The translations under genes and the position numbers were made by a program. Under the pieces are notes generated by a model that was given only the letters and a program-made list of their open reading frames with translations, did no database searches and was not told where the DNA came from. Of a DNA stretch of 64,000 nucleotides, positions 60,329 through 64,000 are shown piece after piece. Source of the stretch: Myxococcota bacterium (lineage in GTDB: Bacteria; Myxococcota_A; UBA9160; UBA6930); NCBI GenBank assembly GCA_965223415.1, contig OZ245002.1, positions 1,472,001 through 1,536,000 of the forward strand, in the 5' to 3' direction. The first letter of the stretch is position 1. Each line of letters opens with the position of its first letter.

Positions 60329-61249
60329 CTACGCGTGCTGCGCGTAGATGTCCATGATCTCGTGGAGCAGATCGATCGCCTCGGTCTTCTCGCGCTGGAA
60401 CGAGTTCCGGCCGATGATCGAGCCGAAGCCTCCGCCCTCGGCGATGCCGCGGATCTCCTCGAGCACGCCCTCGCGGCCCTTGGCGGCGCCGCCGGAGAAG
60501 ATCACGATGCGGCGGCCGTTGAAGGCGCTCTGCACGACGTGACGCACGCGATCGGCGAGGGTCGCGATCGGGACGTTCTCCGCCTCGTAGACCTTGCGGG
60601 CCGCGTCCTGCTCGATCAGCTCCGTCGGCGGCTTCACCTTGATGATGTGGGCGCCGAGCTGGCTGGCGATCTGTGCGGCGTAGGCGGCCACGTCGACCGA
60701 CGTCTCGCCGTCCTTGGAGATGCCGGAGCCGCGCGGGTAGCTCCACACCACCGAGGCCAGGCCCTTGGCCTTCGCCTCCTGGGTGAGCTCGCGAATCTGC
60801 TGGTACATCTCGTTGCGGTTGGCAGACGCGGGATAGATCGTGAAGCCGATCGCGGCGCAGCCCAGTCGCAGGGCCTCGTCGACGCTGCCGGTCACCGCCG
60901 GGCAGGGATCGGAGCCGCCGTAGAGCGAATCCGAGTTGTTGAGCTTCAGGATCAGCGGGATCTGGCCGGCGAACTCCGCGGCTCCCGCCTCGAGGAAGCC
61001 GAGGGGCGCGGCGTAGGCGTTGCAGCCGGCGTCGATGCCGAGCTCGAAGTGGTAGCGCGGGTCGTAGCCCAGCGGGTTCTTGGCAAAGCTTCGCGCCGGC
61101 CCGTGCTCGAAGCCCTGGTCCACCGGCAGGATCACGACCTTGCCGGTTCCGCCGAGACGCCCGTGATCGAGGATCCGAGCCAGGTTGGTGAGCGTTCCCG
61201 GGTTGTCACTGCCGTACCAGGAGAGGATTTCCTTGACGCGCTTGCTCAT
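60329..61249 (-). CDS. fbaB: Class I fructose-bisphosphate aldolase (DhnA type)
   Basis: ILPVDQGFEHGP, WSYPRG, HIIKVK, FSGG, GRNSFQR. Confidence 0.93.
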   Translation of the reverse strand: MSKRVKEILSWYGSDNPGTLTNLARILDHGRLGGTGKVVILPVDQGFEHGPARSFAKNPLGYDPRYHFELGIDAGCNAYAAPLGFLEAGAAEFAGQIPLILKLNNSDSLYGGSDPCPAVTGSVDEALRLGCAAIGFTIYPASANRNEMYQQIRELTQEAKAKGLASVVWSYPRGSGISKDGETSVDVAAYAAQIASQLGAHIIKVKPPTELIEQDAARKVYEAENVPIATLADRVRHVVQSAFNGRRIVIFSGGAAKGREGVLEEIRGIAEGGGFGSIIGRNSFQREKTEAIDLLHEIMDIYAQHA

Positions 61250-61438
61250 GGCCCCGTAGACCTCCGAGAGAGAATGGGGGCGCCACTCCCCCCGCGGGGG
61301 GTGCGACGCTGAAGGCGTGATGGATAGCAGACCCGCTCGGGCCGGGTCGAGCGCTCGTGGGTGACCGGCCGCCGCCGCAAGGTGACGACCGCCCAAGGGC
61401 CCCCTAGCCTCGGTGCCCACTCGAGGAGGCGGAACGAC

Positions 61439-62041
61439 ATGACGACCGGATCCCACCGGTGGCTCGCGATGTTCGGGGTGCTGCTGCTCTGCGCATCCGG
61501 TGCGCAGGCCGAAGGCGAACCCGCCACCCCCACCGCGAAGGAGAAGCCCGTGGTCATCCTGACGACGTCCAAGGGGACGATCGAGATCGAGCTCGACAAC
61601 GAGAAGGCGCCGATCAGCGCCGAGAACTTCCTGGCCTACGTGGATTCGGGCCACTACGACGGGACGATCTTCCACCGCGTGATCCCGGGCTTCATGGTCC
61701 AGGGCGGCGGCTTCACCGCGGACATGGACCAGAAGGACACGAAGGCGCCAATCAAGAACGAGGCGACGAACGGCCTCAAGAACGACCGTGGCACTCTGGC
61801 CATGGCGCGCACCAACGTGGTCGACAGCGCCACGTCCCAGTTCTTCGTCAACGTCGTCGACAACGAGTTCTTGAACCACTCGAGCCCCGACCCCCGCGGC
61901 TACGGCTACGCCGTGTTCGGCCGCGTCGCCTCGGGGATGGACGTGGTGGACGCCATCGTCGGCGTGCCCACGGGCAACCGCGGCGGTCACGGCGACGTGC
62001 CCAACGAGCCGATCGTCATCGAATCAGCGAAGCGGAAGTAG
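61439..62041 (+). CDS. ppiA: Periplasmic cyclophilin-type peptidyl-prolyl isomerase
   Basis: Signal peptide; [32 protein letters not shown]. Confidence 0.93.
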   Translation: MTTGSHRWLAMFGVLLLCASGAQAEGEPATPTAKEKPVVILTTSKGTIEIELDNEKAPISAENFLAYVDSGHYDGTIFHRVIPGFMVQGGGFTADMDQKDTKAPIKNEATNGLKNDRGTLAMARTNVVDSATSQFFVNVVDNEFLNHSSPDPRGYGYAVFGRVASGMDVVDAIVGVPTGNRGGHGDVPNEPIVIESAKRK

Positions 62042-62118
62042 CGCGCAGAGGAACGTCCCCCGGCTAGCGCGAGAGCAACGGGGCGCGGCGCCAGGCAGCG
62101 GCTGGGGGCTCACCGACG

Positions 62119-63285
62119 TCAGGCGGGCCGGCCGAGCCTCCGCGCCAGGTGCCGCACGGCGATCGCCGCCTCGTCCGGCGGGACGGCCGTGTAGCAGAGC
62201 CGCACCCAGTCGGCATAGTCGCTGCCGGACGAGGCCCCGGGCGAGAGCACGACGCCGTCGTCGAGGCAGTCCTCCAGGAAGCCCAGCAAGCCACGCTCGT
62301 CCAGGGCGGCGGCGACATCGACGAACAGGAAGCAGGAGCCCCCGGGCGCCGGCAGGCCCAGGGCCGCGGCCGCGTCCTCGCCGGCCTTGCGATAGAGCTC
62401 GCGGGCGTTCGCCACCCAGGCGCCGCCGCTCTCCAGGGCCCGCAGCGCGGCGAGCTGGCCGGCGTGGGGCGCATGATAGGCGGAGTGCACGCTCACCTTG
62501 TGGGCCTCGGCGATCACCGGTACCGGACCGGCCAGGTAGCCCACGCGGTTCCCGGCGGTTCCGTAGGCCTTCGAGAAGGAGTGGGCGACGACCGTCCGCT
62601 CCGGCGCGAAACGCGCCAGCGAGACGTGGGCCGCGTCGTAGACGTAGTCTTCGTACACCTCGTCCGAGAGCAGCCACAGATCGTGGCGGCGGACGAGGCC
62701 GGCCACGGCCTCGAGCCACTCCGGCGGCAGCACGCGGCCCGTCGGGTTCGACGGCGTGCACAGGTAGAGGGCGACGCTGCGGCTGCCGATGCGGCGCTCG
62801 ATGGCGCGAAGCGCATCGTCCACCGAGTGCACCCGATCGTAGAAGGGCACCTCGACGGGCACGCCCCGCTGGGATTGCACAATGCCGCGGATCAGCGGCC
62901 AGAACGGTGCGAGGATCAGCACCTCTTCGCCGGGATCGACGAGGGCGCTGACGGCGCAGGCCAGCCCGCTGGTGGCGCCCGCGGTGACGAGCACTTCGTC
63001 CGGCCCGCGGACGGGCGTTCCCTTCGCGCGGAGCGTCTCGACGAGGGCGTCGACCAGGGCGGGGAGGCCGCCGGTCTCGCAGTAGCGGTGCAGGCCCGGC
63101 TGGTCGCGGGTCGCGAGGTCCTCCATTCGGCCGCCCTCGAAGGGCTCCATCCAGGTGTCGCCCACGTTCAGCGGGTAGATCGGGCCCGGATGCCGGCGGA
63201 CCCGATCCGCCAGGGGCGAGTAGACCGAGGCGGGCATCGCGGCCACCGCGCGCGCGGCGGGGAGGGCGGAGCCGGGGCGAGGCAT
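62119..63285 (-). CDS. Class I/II PLP-dependent aminotransferase
   Basis: PSNPTG, SDEVYE, SFSKAYG..GNRVG. Confidence 0.9.
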   Translation of the reverse strand: MPRPGSALPAARAVAAMPASVYSPLADRVRRHPGPIYPLNVGDTWMEPFEGGRMEDLATRDQPGLHRYCETGGLPALVDALVETLRAKGTPVRGPDEVLVTAGATSGLACAVSALVDPGEEVLILAPFWPLIRGIVQSQRGVPVEVPFYDRVHSVDDALRAIERRIGSRSVALYLCTPSNPTGRVLPPEWLEAVAGLVRRHDLWLLSDEVYEDYVYDAAHVSLARFAPERTVVAHSFSKAYGTAGNRVGYLAGPVPVIAEAHKVSVHSAYHAPHAGQLAALRALESGGAWVANARELYRKAGEDAAAALGLPAPGGSCFLFVDVAAALDERGLLGFLEDCLDDGVVLSPGASSGSDYADWVRLCYTAVPPDEAAIAVRHLARRLGRPA

Positions 63286-63368
63286 GGCAGGGAACGCTAC
63301 CGCAGGGGCGGGAGGTCCATGTCCGTTTTCCGCGAGCCCTCCCAGGCCGGGCGGGGTATCACGGGGGT

Positions 63369-64000
63369 ATGCGGCTCGACCCGGCCACCTGCGAGCGGGC
63401 CCGGCGCGCCCGGGACCCGCGCTTCGACGGGCGTTTCTTCATCGGCGTGCGCACGACCGGCGTCTACTGCCGGCCGGTCTGCCCCGCGATGCCGAAGGCC
63501 GAGAACGTGCGCTTCTACCCGACCGCCGCCGCCTGCGAGGCCGAGGGCTTCCGCGCCTGCCGCCGCTGCCGACCGGAGACGGCGCCGGGCACCCCGGCCT
63601 GGGCTGGCGCCTCGGCCACCGTCGCCCGGGCGCTGCGATTGATCCAGGAAGGCGCCCTGGACCGGGGCTCCGTCGAGGCGCTGGCGGCGCGGGTCGGTGT
63701 GGGTGCGCGCCAGCTGCGGCGGCTCTTCACGGAGCACCTCGGCGCCTCTCCCCTCGCCCTGGCCCGGACCCGGCGAGCCCACTTCGCCAGGCGCCTCCTC
63801 GACGAGACCGCCTGGCCGATGCACGACGTCGCCCTGGCCGCGGGCTTCGGCAGCCTGCGCCAGTTCAACGACACCGTGCGCGAGACCTTCGGGCGCACGC
63901 CGAGCGAGCTGCGCGGCCGGGCACCCCGCGCCGGCGGGGACCCTGGGGAGGCGAGCCTGCGGCTCCCCTATCGGGCCCCGTTCGACTTCCAGGGCCTGCT
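63369..64000 (+). CDS. ada: Ada/AlkA-type DNA repair regulator, partial (runs off window end)
   Basis: Not in ORF track; MRLDPATCERARRARDPRFDGRFFIGVRTTGVYCRPVC, GFRACRRC, AraC HTH, start of AlkA N-domain (LRLPYRAPFD). Confidence 0.92.
   Translation, partial: MRLDPATCERARRARDPRFDGRFFIGVRTTGVYCRPVCPAMPKAENVRFYPTAAACEAEGFRACRRCRPETAPGTPAWAGASATVARALRLIQEGALDRGSVEALAARVGVGARQLRRLFTEHLGASPLALARTRRAHFARRLLDETAWPMHDVALAAGFGSLRQFNDTVRETFGRTPSELRGRAPRAGGDPGEASLRLPYRAPFDFQGL

Overview
A very GC-rich bacterial chromosomal segment. The gene content (REC-DnaJ-TPR protein, long-form HflX, PEP-CTERM protein, STAND-type cyclase, gatCAB) suggests Myxococcota or a related deltaproteobacterial lineage; this is inference. 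About 58 CDS are supported. Housekeeping genes include partial ilvE, mtnA, gatCAB, a DEAD-box helicase, larE, ddl, pcrA/uvrD, glmSU, hflX, fabH, murQ, mutS2, folC, fbaB, a cyclophilin and partial ada-alkA. Interleaved accessory genes include a secreted metalloprotease with an upstream partner, tandem secreted patatins, a PEP-CTERM protein, methyltransferases and an ECF-PspC operon. No rRNA, tRNA, CRISPR array or transposase was seen. The best non-obvious signals are: (1) an orphan consensus sigma54 promoter driving an ~80-nt structured, terminated, ORF-less transcript with an exposed CCCCUCC anti-Shine-Dalgarno bulge (candidate new sRNA, ~50747-50828); (2) a family of long perfect palindromes with compensatory changes, one absorbed into two gene ends; (3) a GH36 alpha-galactosidase fused to an MtnX-like HAD phosphatase; (4) a PhaR-like operator shared by a phasin and a patatin; (5) a probable ATC start for hflX; (6) widespread leaderless-type promoters. 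Product calls rest on motifs read by eye; no searches were run. Many start codons were re-assigned from the ORF track.
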